Shown here: positions 28,925-43,046 of the stretch, piece after piece | Layout: the number at the start of each line of letters is the position of its first letter | How positions within the stretch are numbered: position 1 is the first letter of the stretch | Assembly: GCA_021613535.1 (NCBI GenBank) | Contig: CP075492.1 | Location: forward strand, 7,874,001-7,938,000 | Length of the DNA stretch: 64,000 nucleotides | Direction: 5' to 3' | Origin: Adineta vaga | Taxonomy: Eukaryota; Animalia; Rotifera | Position numbers and translations under genes: made by a program | Notes under the pieces: model-generated | Databases searched by the model: none | What the model was told of the DNA's origin: nothing | Seen by the model: only the letters and a program-made list of their open reading frames with translations

Positions 28925-29338
28925 AATGCGATGCGATTAGCATTCGTTAAAATGATTTCAATCATCATTTGTTCTATCTTTTTGCATGTATGCTATCAGC
29001 TGTAAAACATCTGTTGAACGAAGTTCGCGCCTAGCTTTTCTTCCTAACAACTTGATTTTAATTATTTCATAAAATTTCAAAGCCAAAATCGTCTTTTTCG
29101 GAGCTTCCTGTATACGTATAGAACGTCGCAATTAATTTCTGATTACAGATTTTTCAAGTAGAGTTTCGGTATTTTTATCTTATTTTTGAATGAAATTTTT
29201 CTGATGTACAGTTGTTGAGATCATCCCATCAGAAAATGACAACTTTGCATGCGTACGTCGAGTAAGGTTATAAAGTAAGAAAAAAAGAAAACTCGCGAAG
29301 CACTACAGTAATGCTCAGGTCATTCTTCGCATCGCATT
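28925..29338. mobile_element. Candidate MITE-like element bounded by a 12-bp perfect inverted repeat
   Basis: AATGCGATGCGA at 28925-28936 and its reverse complement TCGCATCGCATT at 29327-29338. The interior is non-coding. No clear target-site duplication. Confidence 0.35.
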
Positions 29339-29948
29339 AATAATAAAAAAGAACTGATTTACTGAAATATTTTATTTAAAGAGGGAAATTAATATTAACA
29401 CACTTCTTACATTCTATTTATATTTTTTCATTAATAAAAGAGTATCTCATAAATCTTCTTAAATGACGAATAACATGCATAATTATTATCATGGGCCAAC
29501 AGCAACTAGAACAATGTCAAATGTACATTCAGAGCAGAACTCTAATGACATCTGAATACAAAGCAACCATTATAAATTTTTGTTTGCATCATCTCTCTCT
29601 CTTTTCCATACGATGACAGTGTTCGACTAAACAGTATCCTATACTGTATTCAAAACTTAAAATATTAAGCTTTGAAGTTAATCTTCTCATATTATTTTAA
29701 GTAAAGAAATCTTTTTTGCAGTATAATCTGTCACAACAAACGTGAGACAAAGAGAAAGAATTTCTTTTTTATTCGATGGAAAAAAAAACAGATACGCCTA
29801 CCATCTTCATCTTATTTTCTTGAGAATTTCCAGAATTTCTTTTTTTAATACGGAACTACTAATACCCGAAGAGTGTTTTCTTGTATTTAATCTCATAAGA
29901 AAAACGTTTTTTTCTAGTTTAACGAATAACAATTCTATATTCTCCGAT

Positions 29949-31222
29949 ATGTCGCAACAAACTCTTCGTATACCAATTCAATCATCAACTCATGTAACGA
30001 GACAAAGAAAAAATACAGCAAAATCAAGTTTATGTTTAATCTGCAATGCTGAAGCACGTATTGTGAATTATGGTGCACTTTCTTGTTATTCCTGTAAGAC
30101 ATTTTTTCGTCGTCATAGTTTTCTAATTAAAGTAACTTAATGATAAAACTTTCCTTTCCGAATACGAAACGAATTTTCTCGTTGTAGAATATTGAAACAT
30201 GTCGATATGATGGTCATTGTCTTATTACTGAAGAAACACGAAAAAATTGTACACCATGTCGTTTAATGAAATGCTTTGCAATGGGAATGTCAAGAGATTT
30301 TATTCGAAAAAAATATGAAAGAATGAAATATTCATCGGTCAATAGCATCATCAAACAAAAACAAATAGTACGTATTGGACAAAGTTTATTTATTTATAGT
30401 TTTAATCTTTTTCTTCTGATTTAGTCAATTACTTCCCTAAGTTTATTATCTAATGATCGATCAACACTAAAACCATCTGAATGGGCAACGTTATCAAATA
30501 TAATTCATGCATTTGATAAATTTAGTATAGTTTCATCAATGCGTCATTTAATTGAACGTGTTAATCATTCACAATCGGAATTAAAAGTTGATATTATTGA
30601 TACATTTAATCTCTTTAGTGCATTTTATACTTGTGTTGAATCATTTCTACGTGCAACAGCTGATTTTCAAGTACTAACAACCAATGAACAACAATCACTT
30701 TTTCAACGCAATCTTCATGGACTATTTAATCTTTGTGGAACATTTATGTTACGTGATGCTGGAATGTTTGATAATACTCGAAATGAAAGTATTATTGTAC
30801 CACTTTATGGACATGATGTTGTACATCAAGCAAGAGAAATTACGAATAGATTGGATTTCAATTCTTCAATAGTGAAAATTATTCATATTATTTTTGCTTT
30901 TTCAACGAATTGTTATACAGTTACTTATCAAGCAAATGTGAAGAAGGACGTTTTTCTTCATGGTACCTTTCGTTTACTTGGTAGTCAAAATGTTTATATC
31001 GAAATTCTATGGAAATATATGCTCTATCGATTTGGTTTTGAAGAAACTGTTTTTCGTTTTACAGCACTTGTTAAACAAATGCTGGATTTAATCGTTTTAT
31101 CAGCTGGAATTTATCAGAAGAATGCTCATCATCAAATACTTGTTGATGACTTGGTTGAAGAAGCAAAAACAGCACTTGCTCTAGTCAAAAATAATTCAAT
31201 TCCACTTTGGGGGAAAATATAA
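29949..31222 (+). CDS. Nuclear hormone receptor (C4 zinc-finger DBD + divergent LBD), 3 exons
   Basis: CLICNAEARIVNYGALSCYSCKTFFRR, then CRYDGHCLITEETRKNCTPCRLMKCFAMGM. LBD signature DFQVLTTNEQQSLFQRN. Confidence 0.9.
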
Positions 31223-33011
31223 GAACAGTTTTCTTGTATTATAAAATTCATTAAGTTGAATTTCACTGTTTTAATAAAACCTTAATCTCATAAATTTTGA
31301 TTCTTTAAAATCTAATGATTTCATTCATTCAGATTTACACTGATCATTGTATAATTTCATATGCAAATGAGTATCATTTTGATCATATGAATGTAGAATA
31401 AAAATCTTTGAAGTGCAATCGACAATGAAATCAATTTGATTAGTGAGACGTTTTGTCTGAAGAGAGAGATACTTGAAATTAAGACAAATATTGATTAGTC
31501 TGTTTGATTTTGACAACTCTGTCAGATCAATAGATCGAAGATGTATCAAATTCATACAGAAATATGGCAGTTTTTCAAAATGATTCATCTGTACATATCG
31601 TGTATCAAAATTCCAATGCCCTTGTATCTAGGACATAAATATAAGCGCATTGAAATGTTGAATTACATAGACTAGAATGAAACATAAGATATAAAGGATG
31701 ATGAAAATATTTTACATTGATTTAGATATGCAATGTAAATCTCATGAAAATTGATGACAAAAATGGTTTGAATATAATAAAATATACATTTTGTATCTTG
31801 TTCAAATTGATACTTGTAGATTTTGTCCTGGTCAAGTTTCTTGTGTTTCTTATTACGTTTTTTTTCTTTAAATCATGAAAATCCAATAAAAAAAGTTTCT
31901 TTATTCAAAATTTTCTCTCGATATAGTATTTATAATGAATCATCTTCTTTTATCTATTACGCACAAACGAACAATTTAGTACCATTACAAAATTAAGATA
32001 TGTCGACATTCTTCTTTCGCGAAGAAACTATACCAGATCCACATTCTTTCTTATTGACTCGAACATGTTGGAACTTAATACTAGAAGAAAAAAGAAACGA
32101 ATACGTATTCATGAAGAAAAACGTGATGATGAAATAGCCGTCTTATTCTGTAAGAGGGGATTAAATCGAAATATAGATAGTGTTTGACTTCCTACGCATA
32201 AATGAACCAATCTAAATGTGTATCAATTGTTCATTCATTTATTCTAGTGTAGTTTAAACAAATACATCACTATCTCTAAATCCTTTTTCATTCTTAGTTG
32301 AACATTACGATGTGGGTGATGAATGTAAGGGCTTCACACTATCTTCATTCATATGTACAATATGTAATCACGAATACGAACACGCATATGCGTAAGCAAA
32401 GAGATTGAGTTTGCTTGATTAAGATAAGCTTGATTGCTTGAGATGAGGACAGGTGTAAGACATCGAGTTGACCTCCATCTATTCCTCAAGACAAGGGTGT
32501 ACTACTTCTAATTTTCTTGTCATACAATTCACATGTATGTGTGAGTTGACCCAGTGAAGAAGAAAAAAAAAGAACAAATGAATAATGTTGTATCGTGCAA
32601 CACTTGAGACGTTCATCGACATGACTGATTGTTACCGTTTTCTCTCTCTTTCTCTACAAAATATTTTGACAGTATAAAAATTACGTTTCAAGTAAGTATC
32701 TCATTTCGAAAACTAAAAACTAAACTAGAATTAGTGTTAATCTAAAATTGAATGACTTATTTGTTTCGTATGCATTCATTGACACGTCTAATTTAATTTT
32801 ATGCATTTCAATATGAAATGGATATTCATTCTCTCGTGTCAATTGATTAAAAGTCAGATATTGGAGAAGAGAAAAAGAGAACATAGTCTGTATGTAAGTA
32901 TATCGAGAGAGACAAAAAGTCAAGTAGACAAACGTTTCAATTGTCCGAAAGAGAATGAGTTGGTTCGATATTTTTTTAGATTGTGTCTGTCAACTAGTAC
33001 ATTCGATAGAA

Positions 33012-35957
33012 ATGAAATATATCATATGGATTTTATTTCTAACTATAATTCAAATTCAAAGTTCAAATAGTAAGAAAACTTTTTCAATCGTTTATTTGTG
33101 AAATTCTTTGATTTAGGTGGTTGTCCACGAGCAACATTTGAATTCTACAATAATACAATCAAAGCACCGTACAATTTTATTGATTCATCAGTTGGAAATA
33201 TTGGATCATTAGAAACATGTCCATGTAAGTATTTTCAATATGAAGAAAAAAAAAGACTTGATTTGCTTTTTATTTGAAGATACGGGCCGTCCATATGTTT
33301 ATCTACCATGTTATCCAAATTCTTCGTGGGGTACTGAACCATATTTTAGTAATTGTTTAAAACCACTCAATAAGAAAGATCAAAGTGCAACAACAACAAC
33401 AAGAAGAATGATTTTATCATCGGTTATACCGATAGATAATCCATATTTTAGTATGTCGATTGATGAAGTCGCAAAAGTACGTGTTTCATTTACATAAAGG
33501 ATCATTTTGATGAATGAATATTTGTTTAAGTCATCTATTGAAAGTTCAAATGATGTTTCAAATGTATTAACATATTTAAATCAAGATACAATACCATTTC
33601 AAACATCATCAGATATCGTTTCCGCTGTGAATATCATGGATCATGTCACAACAAATCATCGAAATACAACAGAGAATATACAATTCGAATATTATTCAAT
33701 TGCAAACAAACTTCTATCATCTAAAGCAATTCACCATGCTCAAAAAACAAATCGTAGTATTGTTAAGTAAGATTTATATTTTCTTTCATATGATTTAATC
33801 GGCTTAGTCTTTCTATAGATTATTATCATCATTAGAAACATTTTCTCAAAATTTCAAATCAAATCAATTAGAAGAAAATTTCATGCAAGATAATCTCGCT
33901 GTTTCAATTGTAAATATGCCAAATAATCGTACTAAACCAATTATTGGATTTACATTTGGTTAGTACATACATAGATAGATTATTAAAAATAAATTCTTGT
34001 ACTTTTCACCTTCTTTCATAAATACAGATTCAATAACTAATCGAACAGCATCAATTGATTCGATTGATACGAAAATGAATTCCACAACGATTATACTCGA
34101 TTCACAAACTCTTTCAGAACAACATCGTTTAACATTTTCAGTTTTTAATCCACAAAATGGCTTATTCGATGAACAATCTCATCGTGTATTAACACGTGTG
34201 ATTTCATTGACTATTGATAAACCTGAATTAATCAAACCTATTAGAAATTTCGTTAAAATGAATTTTTATCTCGAACAAACTCATCTTGAAGAAGAAAATG
34301 GAAATTTAACTTGTGCTTATTGGCATATATTTGAGAATAATATGACAGCACAATGGTCAACAGATGGATGTCGTTTAATTGATATTAAAGATCGAAATGT
34401 TATGTGTGAATGTAATCATTTAACACATTTTGCAGTTTTATTAGTATGTTAAATCTTTTTTTTTAAGCCTGGAAAATTCATATTTTTCTTTTAAGGATAT
34501 TCAACAAAAACCAATATCAAGACAAGTTGATCAATTACTTTCGATTATAACCTTAGGTGGTTTATTATTATCATCAATTGGATTATGTTTAACAATTTTA
34601 ACTTTTGTTCTTTTTAAGTAGGAAAAGAATTATTATTAAAAAGTTAATTTCTTGATTTTTATTTTCTGTTAGAAAACTACGTCGTCATTTCAGTCAAAAA
34701 TCTCTTCTTCTTTTATCAATTAATCTTCTATTTGTTAATATTTTATTTTCAATTCTTATGTTACATAAACTCAAACATCTATTCTGTATTATTATCGCAA
34801 GTTTATTACATTATTTTATTTTATCATCATTTAGTTGGATGTTTATTATGGCGTTAATACAATATTTATTATTTGTTAAAGTTTTTCCACGAACAATTTC
34901 AGCATTTACAATAAAAGCAGCTATTTTCGCTAGTGTAAGTATCGAAAGATTTAGGAATGTTATAGAACAGAGAATCATAGAAAAAAAAAGAAGATGATTT
35001 CTTTGTTGTATTATAGTTATTCCATTGATTCCTGTCATTGTGATTTTATCTTTGGATCCAGCAAATTATAATAAACGAGCAGATGGAATGTAAGTCGATT
35101 AATTAATCTTCTCTTTAGATTCAAAAAATAAATAAACTTGTTTTTCTTTTAGTTGTTGGTTATCAGATATACCATTTTATCTATCATTTATTTTGCCAGT
35201 TGCTTTGTATATTTTCATAAATAGTATCCTGTTTTCTATTGTTGCTCGTTCACTTTTATGTGGTAAAACAGGACAACAATTACGTAGTACACAAATAGCG
35301 GAATCACAACGTTTATCAAGATTTTTCGTTGCATTAAGTTGTTTTGTTGTTCTTGGTCTTACATGGATCTTTGGGTTTTTTGCTATTGGTCCAGTTCGTT
35401 TACTATTTCAAATTCTTTTCTGTACATTTGCTTCACTAACAGGCTTTCTTATCTTTATTCTTTATATTGTTACATCGAAAGCGAAACGAACTTGTTGGAG
35501 TAGTAAGTCACTTTAACTCTTCCTTCTTCTTATGTCTAATTGATTTCAATATTATGTAGATGCTTTAAAATCAGCTGGTATTCCATCGATCTATTCTCCA
35601 ACATTATCTACATCATCTGGTTTAGTTGGCAATAAAGAATTTTCTACATCATCAACTACCGATCAACCTAAAATTCCATCACGTCTTCTACAATTCTCAT
35701 CTCAACCTCAACATTTCATTGATGCATACATGCCATCATCACCACCAGCACCGGCACCACCCTTACCATTACCACCGCCATTTCTAATTGAAGGCGATGA
35801 TCCATTAAGTGCTACAACATTAGCTAACAGTTTTTATGAACCAAATCATCTTTGGATTCCACAAGTAAATTATAATCGAGAAATGAACCAACCAACAACA
35901 TCATTAGATGATTATTCGCTCTTTTATGCTTCGAATCATGATGCTACAAAACTTTGA
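33012..35957 (+). CDS. Adhesion-class GPCR (signal peptide, GAIN/GPS, 7TM, Pro-rich tail)
   Basis: Signal-like MKYIIWILFLTIIQIQSS. GPS: CAYW, WSTDGC, CECNHLTHFAVLL. TM motifs LLHYFILSSFSWM and VVLGLTWIFGFF. Confidence 0.88.
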
Positions 35958-36830
35958 GTACTTTGCACTTTTCTTTCTGTTGTTCATTTTTTTTTCTTCA
36001 CAGTCAGATGCATGCATGCTCAATAATCCGGTTGTTTGTTCTATATAAGTGATTCTTCTCTTCTATGCAATGAAAATCTTGTTTAGAGAAGACTAATGTA
36101 GAAAAACAAAGAAATATAAACATGATTTTTTATTATTTATATAATAGATCTTCCTATGATAAGATTATTTTATATAAACTTAACTTAATAAAGTGAGCAG
36201 AACAGAGATTAGAGACATTTTGTCGATAACATAATACAGATAAGAACCAATTATTTTTCAGATTTTTTAAAATCGTGTAGTTATATTGTGATTAGATTAG
36301 ATGAATCGGCTTGTTGAATATTAAAACGACTCATCTATGTTCATATCATAATTAAAGATTTAATATGTCGACTGACATTCAACCAATATATCTCTATATT
36401 AAGAATATTTGAAAGAATATCATTATAAAAAGAGTATTGAAGTTTACCGTCTGTCTGTTGATATGAACATTTATATCATAATTGTCGCTTGATTTGTTTA
36501 AGAAAAGAAAACTACATTATATACCTATTGGTAGTGTTTTATTACGGATTTTTTAGTAATGCTTTGAAAAAATATTTGAATTTTCCGATATTTCACCTTT
36601 ACGATCTCTTTACTCATATTTGATTATCTACAGTAACAATAATCTTGATGAAAAAAAACTGTGTTTCGTATTCTTTTTCGAATTGTCATATACATTATTA
36701 AATAACAATTGTCGCCACTATGAAAAACATAAAAACAATTAAAAGAAACTGTACATCTGGAAATGATCTACATCGTCATCTTCATTAAAAAACAAAAGTT
36801 CTATTTGATCACTGTATATAAATTGTATTA

Positions 36831-39664
36831 TTATTGTTGTTGTTTGGAATTAATAATAGGTTGACTATTCTTTCGATATCTCTGTATAGGCGGTATCGGA
36901 GGTATCAAATCACTTGTACGTCTTGATGCTGAATGTAGATTTGGTCGTAATTTTTCTGTCGAAACACGATTAGCTTCTAATTTTTTCATCCGTAATTCAT
37001 AAGATTTGTTTTCTTTGTATTCAATTGTACTTAAACGTGGAGTAGAACTTTTTGCACTTCGCATTGACGATATACTTGAATTATCATCACCAATGGAATG
37101 TAAACGTTCACGACGAAAATCTTGTTCATCAAATCCAGAATCACGATCAAGTTTGGAAACATCATTGGTTTTATCAACTAAATCCGATGATTGAGATCGT
37201 TGTGTAGCAATAACTGGTTTACGTCGTGGTTTAGTCAGTTGTTGTTCTTCTTTTTTAACAGCATCGACAATATTGGATACTGTATTTGAACGTGTAGAAT
37301 ATCGATTAAAAGCTGGTCGTAAACGATTAGTTGCTTGTTTTTCTGTTGAAGACTTTATCGATGAAGTACTAATAGTTGATTTTCGAGTTGTTGATGAAAT
37401 TCGTGGTGATGGTACTGATCTTTTTTTCTCTTCTAGAATACCTTCACTACTTTCTAAACTATCATTATCCATATTAGTTTGATCCTTTTCATCAACGGAT
37501 TTCTTCTTCACTGACATGATATCATCAATATCATTTATATCAAAATCACTTGATGCTGCCAGAGATGTCGAATACATATGATCATCAATATTACCAATAA
37601 TTGATTCTGTAAATCTCGATTTTTGTTCGTTGAAATGATTAGTATCATTTAGATTGAGCGGTTGTGTATGAGATTTAATAATAGGTGAATAATGTCGAGG
37701 AGATTGTTTTTCATTTAAAGTTATATTTAAAGATTTAATTGAATGTTCAAGAGAATCATCTTTTGAATCCAATGATGATGATGAAGATGGTTTACTAGGC
37801 GTTGTTTCTGTAAATGATGAATAATCTTGATCTGTACTTGGTGATGATTGTTTACTATAAATAGATGAAGGAGTTAGTCGACCTGTAACTCGATTATTTC
37901 GCATTTTAGTCGTTGGCGATGATCGATGATGGTGGTGGTGAGGACATGATGCAGGTTGATTGAGAATATCTTCTTCACTTCGATACGTTATCTGTCCGAT
38001 ACGATGACGTCCATCAGCATCACGAGTAATAACAAGTTGAGCATCCACTAGATTTGTATCATGTTGAGATGGTTTTGGTAAGGGAAATTCTTCTGTTTTG
38101 ATTGTTACAGATTTACCATAAGGAATTGTTTTTTGAGTACTAGGCGAGATGTTCGGATTACCTAAGGCAAGAATAGGAATATCGGAATGATTGTGATGTT
38201 GATGATGTTCAGATCGACGATGAGCTTTAAATGAGAAGAAGTTTTAGTAAAGAAAAATGATTAAATTTCCATACACTTACCACCCGATCGTCGACATGGA
38301 TCGTGTTTATTTAAATAATTTTCGAGTGTATCCCAACCGCCGCCTACTCGAACCATAACATGATTTCTTAAAATCTTTAAAAAAAAGAAAAAATATGAGT
38401 TTGCAAATAAAATAGAAGTTTTTCATAAATATGTACTCGAATGAAAATAATTGTTCCGTTTTCACCAATTCGATATTTTCCTTCACCAATACGTATGACT
38501 GGAAAACGGTCTGAACAACAACACGAATTAACAATTTGTATAACCTAAAGAAATCATGTCTTGATTAAACTCATTTCCAATTCGAAATTTTTCTCTTACT
38601 GTTTTATGTAAATGTGATGAACATGCAGGTGGTTCATTAGGATGATTTTGTTCATTTGATGATGTTTGACTAAATGGTAAATCATCATTTGCAGTAATCA
38701 TCGGTGTTGTTATTTCATTAGATGTTATACTATCATAATTTTCTTCAGTAGTTTGTTTGTTTTTACTATTCGTACTATCAGTATTATCATAATTATTGTT
38801 CGAAAATATTGATGTATGAGTCAATTGAGCTTGTAACCAATTAGCACCATTGGAACTTGATACAGAGAATGTATTCGAAGAATTTTGATCGTCATTATCA
38901 TTATTGTCGTTCACAACAGATTGATAGTTCGTTGTATCTAATTTAGTTCTAGGAATTTCTTCTTGTTCTTCTTCTTTTTCTGTTTTTTCTACGTGATATT
39001 CTTGTATCTCTTTTCGCTGTGAATTTTTGAATTCTATAGATGAATTCAATTCTGTTTGTTGCTTATCACGGGCAATTTCTCGTTCAATTTCATCTTCAAG
39101 TTTAATTATAGCCGGTACACTGACACCAAATTTTGCACCAAAACGAGCAATTTCAAGTAGACAGAGAAGAAAATTTTTTTCGTTTTTTCGCAAGATTAAA
39201 TCATCTGATTCGAACATAAGAACTTCACGAACACCAGCGACACGTCGTGCCCATTTGATAAATTGCGAGACATTATCACGAGCATTGAATGTTTGAGGAC
39301 GAGCATCCGTACGATATTTACAATTTATTAGGGATGATGTTGTTGATGACATTTTACGTGCTGCATCATTGACATTATTTGCATGATGGCAAAGTAGAGC
39401 ACCGTTTTCTAAACAAAAGAAAAAAAAGAAAAGAAAATGTCTACAATACACACATGCATTGAAAACTAGATAATTACCTAAACGTTCAAGAAAATTATCC
39501 GCTGTAATTAATCCCCAATCTGGATACATATTTGAAAGCCAATCAGCAAGATCTTCTTTCATTGCGTAAAGATATTCATCAGTCGTTGAATATGGTTGAA
39601 GAGATTTCATTTCGAGAAAACGTGATTGTGGATCAATCACTAATTGTTCGATAGCCGTAGCCAT
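36831..39664 (-). CDS. GAS2L: GAS2-like actin-microtubule crosslinker (CH + GAR domains, Ser-rich tail)
   Basis: [54 protein letters not shown] domain [11 protein letters not shown] and [24 protein letters not shown] (about 38290-38545). Confidence 0.9.
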
Positions 39665-42600
39665 CGTTATATGATCTATCAATAAAAAGAATCAAATTTA
39701 ATAGTAATATTTTGACAAACAATGATTGATTTACGCTACATGAATTCTCAGTCCTTCGTTCTTTTCATCAAAGAATGATGGTAAGCATCATGAATCAGTT
39801 AGAACGAAACAAGTTCATTTCTCTTGTTCTTCTACATTGGTGAATGTATATATGAATGACTGACTTTCTTTTTTTTAAATAGCACCCTTTCGGTCATTGT
39901 CTTTCGTTCTCGCTTTTGCCCTCCCTTGTCCTTTCTCTTTCTCTTTTTCTCGTTGTTTAAATTTTTTATTTCTTTCCTTCTCTCGATTCAAACGATCAAC
40001 ACTAATGTCATGTACGACGTCCTCGCATTGAAATTAACATAGATTAAAGTATCTTTTTCTTTTCATTTGATGGACAGAAAGATGTATGAAGAGGTGTCAT
40101 GTAAATCTATGGATCAAATTGAGATCTAATGACTGAAATGAAAAGCCTTTTGTAGTACATTACATCTATTATATGAAACAATTAAATAAACGATAGATAC
40201 AATGAACTATTCATTGATCCAAAAGAAGAAATAAAATGTCCTCCACTTTCTTCAAGCATAACTCAGTACATACAATAATATAATTGCTCATTTGGTCTTG
40301 CGCTCATATAAATAATTATGAAAGTGTAACAAACACTTCAATGTTCACTCTCATATATAGACATTGTAGAACATATGAAGATACAGGTCAAATAATAAGA
40401 CAAAGAAAGTAATGCCAATACAAATTGAATACACATGTTTAAGACGAAATGTCTGTCTACACATACATTCCGAAGAAAACAAAAAAGAGCTATTTACTTT
40501 TAAGATATCACGAAGAAATTTTTCTAATAATCACATTCAATAAACGTTCTATCTTATCGTTTTTTGTTACTGTTATCAATGACATGTAAAAATCAAGTAG
40601 TCTAGATGCTTAATCTCTTGAGATTTCGTACAAAAAGGAAATATGTTAAGTACAACTCTATGTCTTTATTACCTGACTTGTTGATAGACAAACGATCAAA
40701 GGATATTTGTATACATCCGCCTCGTTGTCCGTCCGTTTCATTCTCGTTTAAATAAATGTCAAACGATCGCCTGCTTATACATATTCAACAAAGCTATTGC
40801 ACATATTTTTACTTTACATGTCAAGGCTTTTGTTTTTTCTTTCTCTTTAGTTAAATCAACTAAAATTATCTTGAACATTAACACACAAAAAACGACCCGA
40901 TATCATCGCAATTAAAAGATATATATATATATATAGAAGATTACCTGATATAATAAAATCGACGAAGGAAAAACAACACTGATTCAGTAGTTTATATATA
41001 TATATATGTGTGTGTGTGCGTGTTATTGTTATTTAAAAAAATATATTTTCTTTCCTTCTACTACTTCATCTTCGATGAGTCATATCTATTATTTTTTAAA
41101 AGGTATGATTCTTACCTGTGATTTTGCTATCGACGAAACTATGTTGCGGAGGTTGATATGATTTACTTTATTTTCTATTGATGGAAAGAAAAATACGTTT
41201 AGCCAATAGTCCAAATCGTATTTTTCTATTCACCTTCGCTTAAGACAAGCGATTTGACAAAAACACCTACTAAAAATGACAGCGACAAAATGTGTATGAG
41301 TGTAATATTTGCATGACGGTAAGAAAGAGAGAGAGAGAAATCGAGAAGAATGGGATAAAGAAGAAGAAGAAGAAGAAGAAAAGTAAAACACGAATAAAAG
41401 ATTGAAAAAGAAAACGAGAAGTGTCCAATGATGTAACGCACCTGTTTGATTGGCACCAGAATGTCTTGATGTCTGCCGGTGGGAGTAACAGTAAAATCAA
41501 GGTCAAGACAATCGATAAAATTCTACTTCGTTCTATTCGCTTAATACTATTCAGTCAAAGGTCAACGTGTCTGGACAAAAGTAAAAAAAAAATAATGACC
41601 GGTACGATAAAATATCATCACACCTATATGTTGATCCAATCTCCTTCTTTTTCTCCTCTTCCAAACTATGACATACGTTTTTAACAAAATCGATCGAGTC
41701 GATTTTAATCACGAGAATAACTTATTCTCAAGTGAGACATTTACCCTTGAACATGAAGGATTTTTATAAATGATTTTAAATATTCAATTGACATACAAAA
41801 CATAAAGATATTTGATTTTCTCTTATGACAATCGAGATAATGCAATGATTTCTCTCTTGGTTGTATCATACGAGCACATATTCAATGTTAAGAATAAAAG
41901 TCCGCTTTACAATTTCTTCTCAATAAATCGACCTCGATCGAAAAGAAAATTATATAATCACCAGATCGAGTTTATTGTATTCTAAACTTGAATAGCATTT
42001 CTCTATGTATCTCTCTCTTTCTCTATATATATATAAATATATGTAAAATGTCTTTTTAAAAAGGGATATTAAATGAAGTCTAATTCGATGAATCACTTAC
42101 GTATAAAACGTTATATTCATTCGATCGAATGGTTTCATTTTTCAAAGAAAAATAAATTTAATCCAAAAGATTTAGTATTTGTATTTTCACATGTTATGAA
42201 ATACAACAATCAATTCGTTTGCTTCTCTTTTATACTTTATAACCAAATAAGACAATTCTACTACTCTGTTCATTTTCAAAAGGATATGTACATATCTATC
42301 GCAATAAAGTTTGAATGTAACATTTATTTGTTTAGTTATTACATAAGACAGTGCTAATACAGCAATTATTTTCTTCTTTAACCATTCAATTGATGTTTGT
42401 GCAATATTGGATTGAAGCTATAAGCTTTTTTTTAGAAACGATAAGGCTTCAGAAAAAGAAATAAGCACAACGTTTAAAAGATCAAACTAAATTAGATTGA
42501 AGCTTAATCCGATTTCTTTTTCTAGGTTTAACTGTATATGTGAATAAATATTATTTGAGTATCATACAATGAAAAGGTATTTAAATCATTCGTAGAATGA

Positions 42601-43046
42601 TGAACGCAATATTTTATAAAAAAAAAAGTTAAACTAGACACATACCGATAAATTTCGTAAAGAAAAACTCAATTAAAACATCAAAGAGAAGACAATATCT
42701 AGCTCGATTTCATTGATAGAAATGGTTTAATAACTATGTAATCATCGAAAATCAAGACTGAGCTTGATATTTGTGTGATACGTATAGAATGATAAATTTT
42801 GATTCTAACACATTTCATACGACATTGATCTTATTCATCTATATTTATACATATATTCCAGTAAAAAAAGACGTTTATATATTAATAAACACACGAAAAA
42901 TAATCTCTGATAATGATTCATATAACGGCAATGAAGAGAGAGAGAGAAAAAAAGCATTGAACAAAACATATAGAATGTTGAAATTTGATAACTGAAAAGG
43001 TAAGTACATTTTTCATAAAAATGACCATAGAAAACAAAAACAGAAA

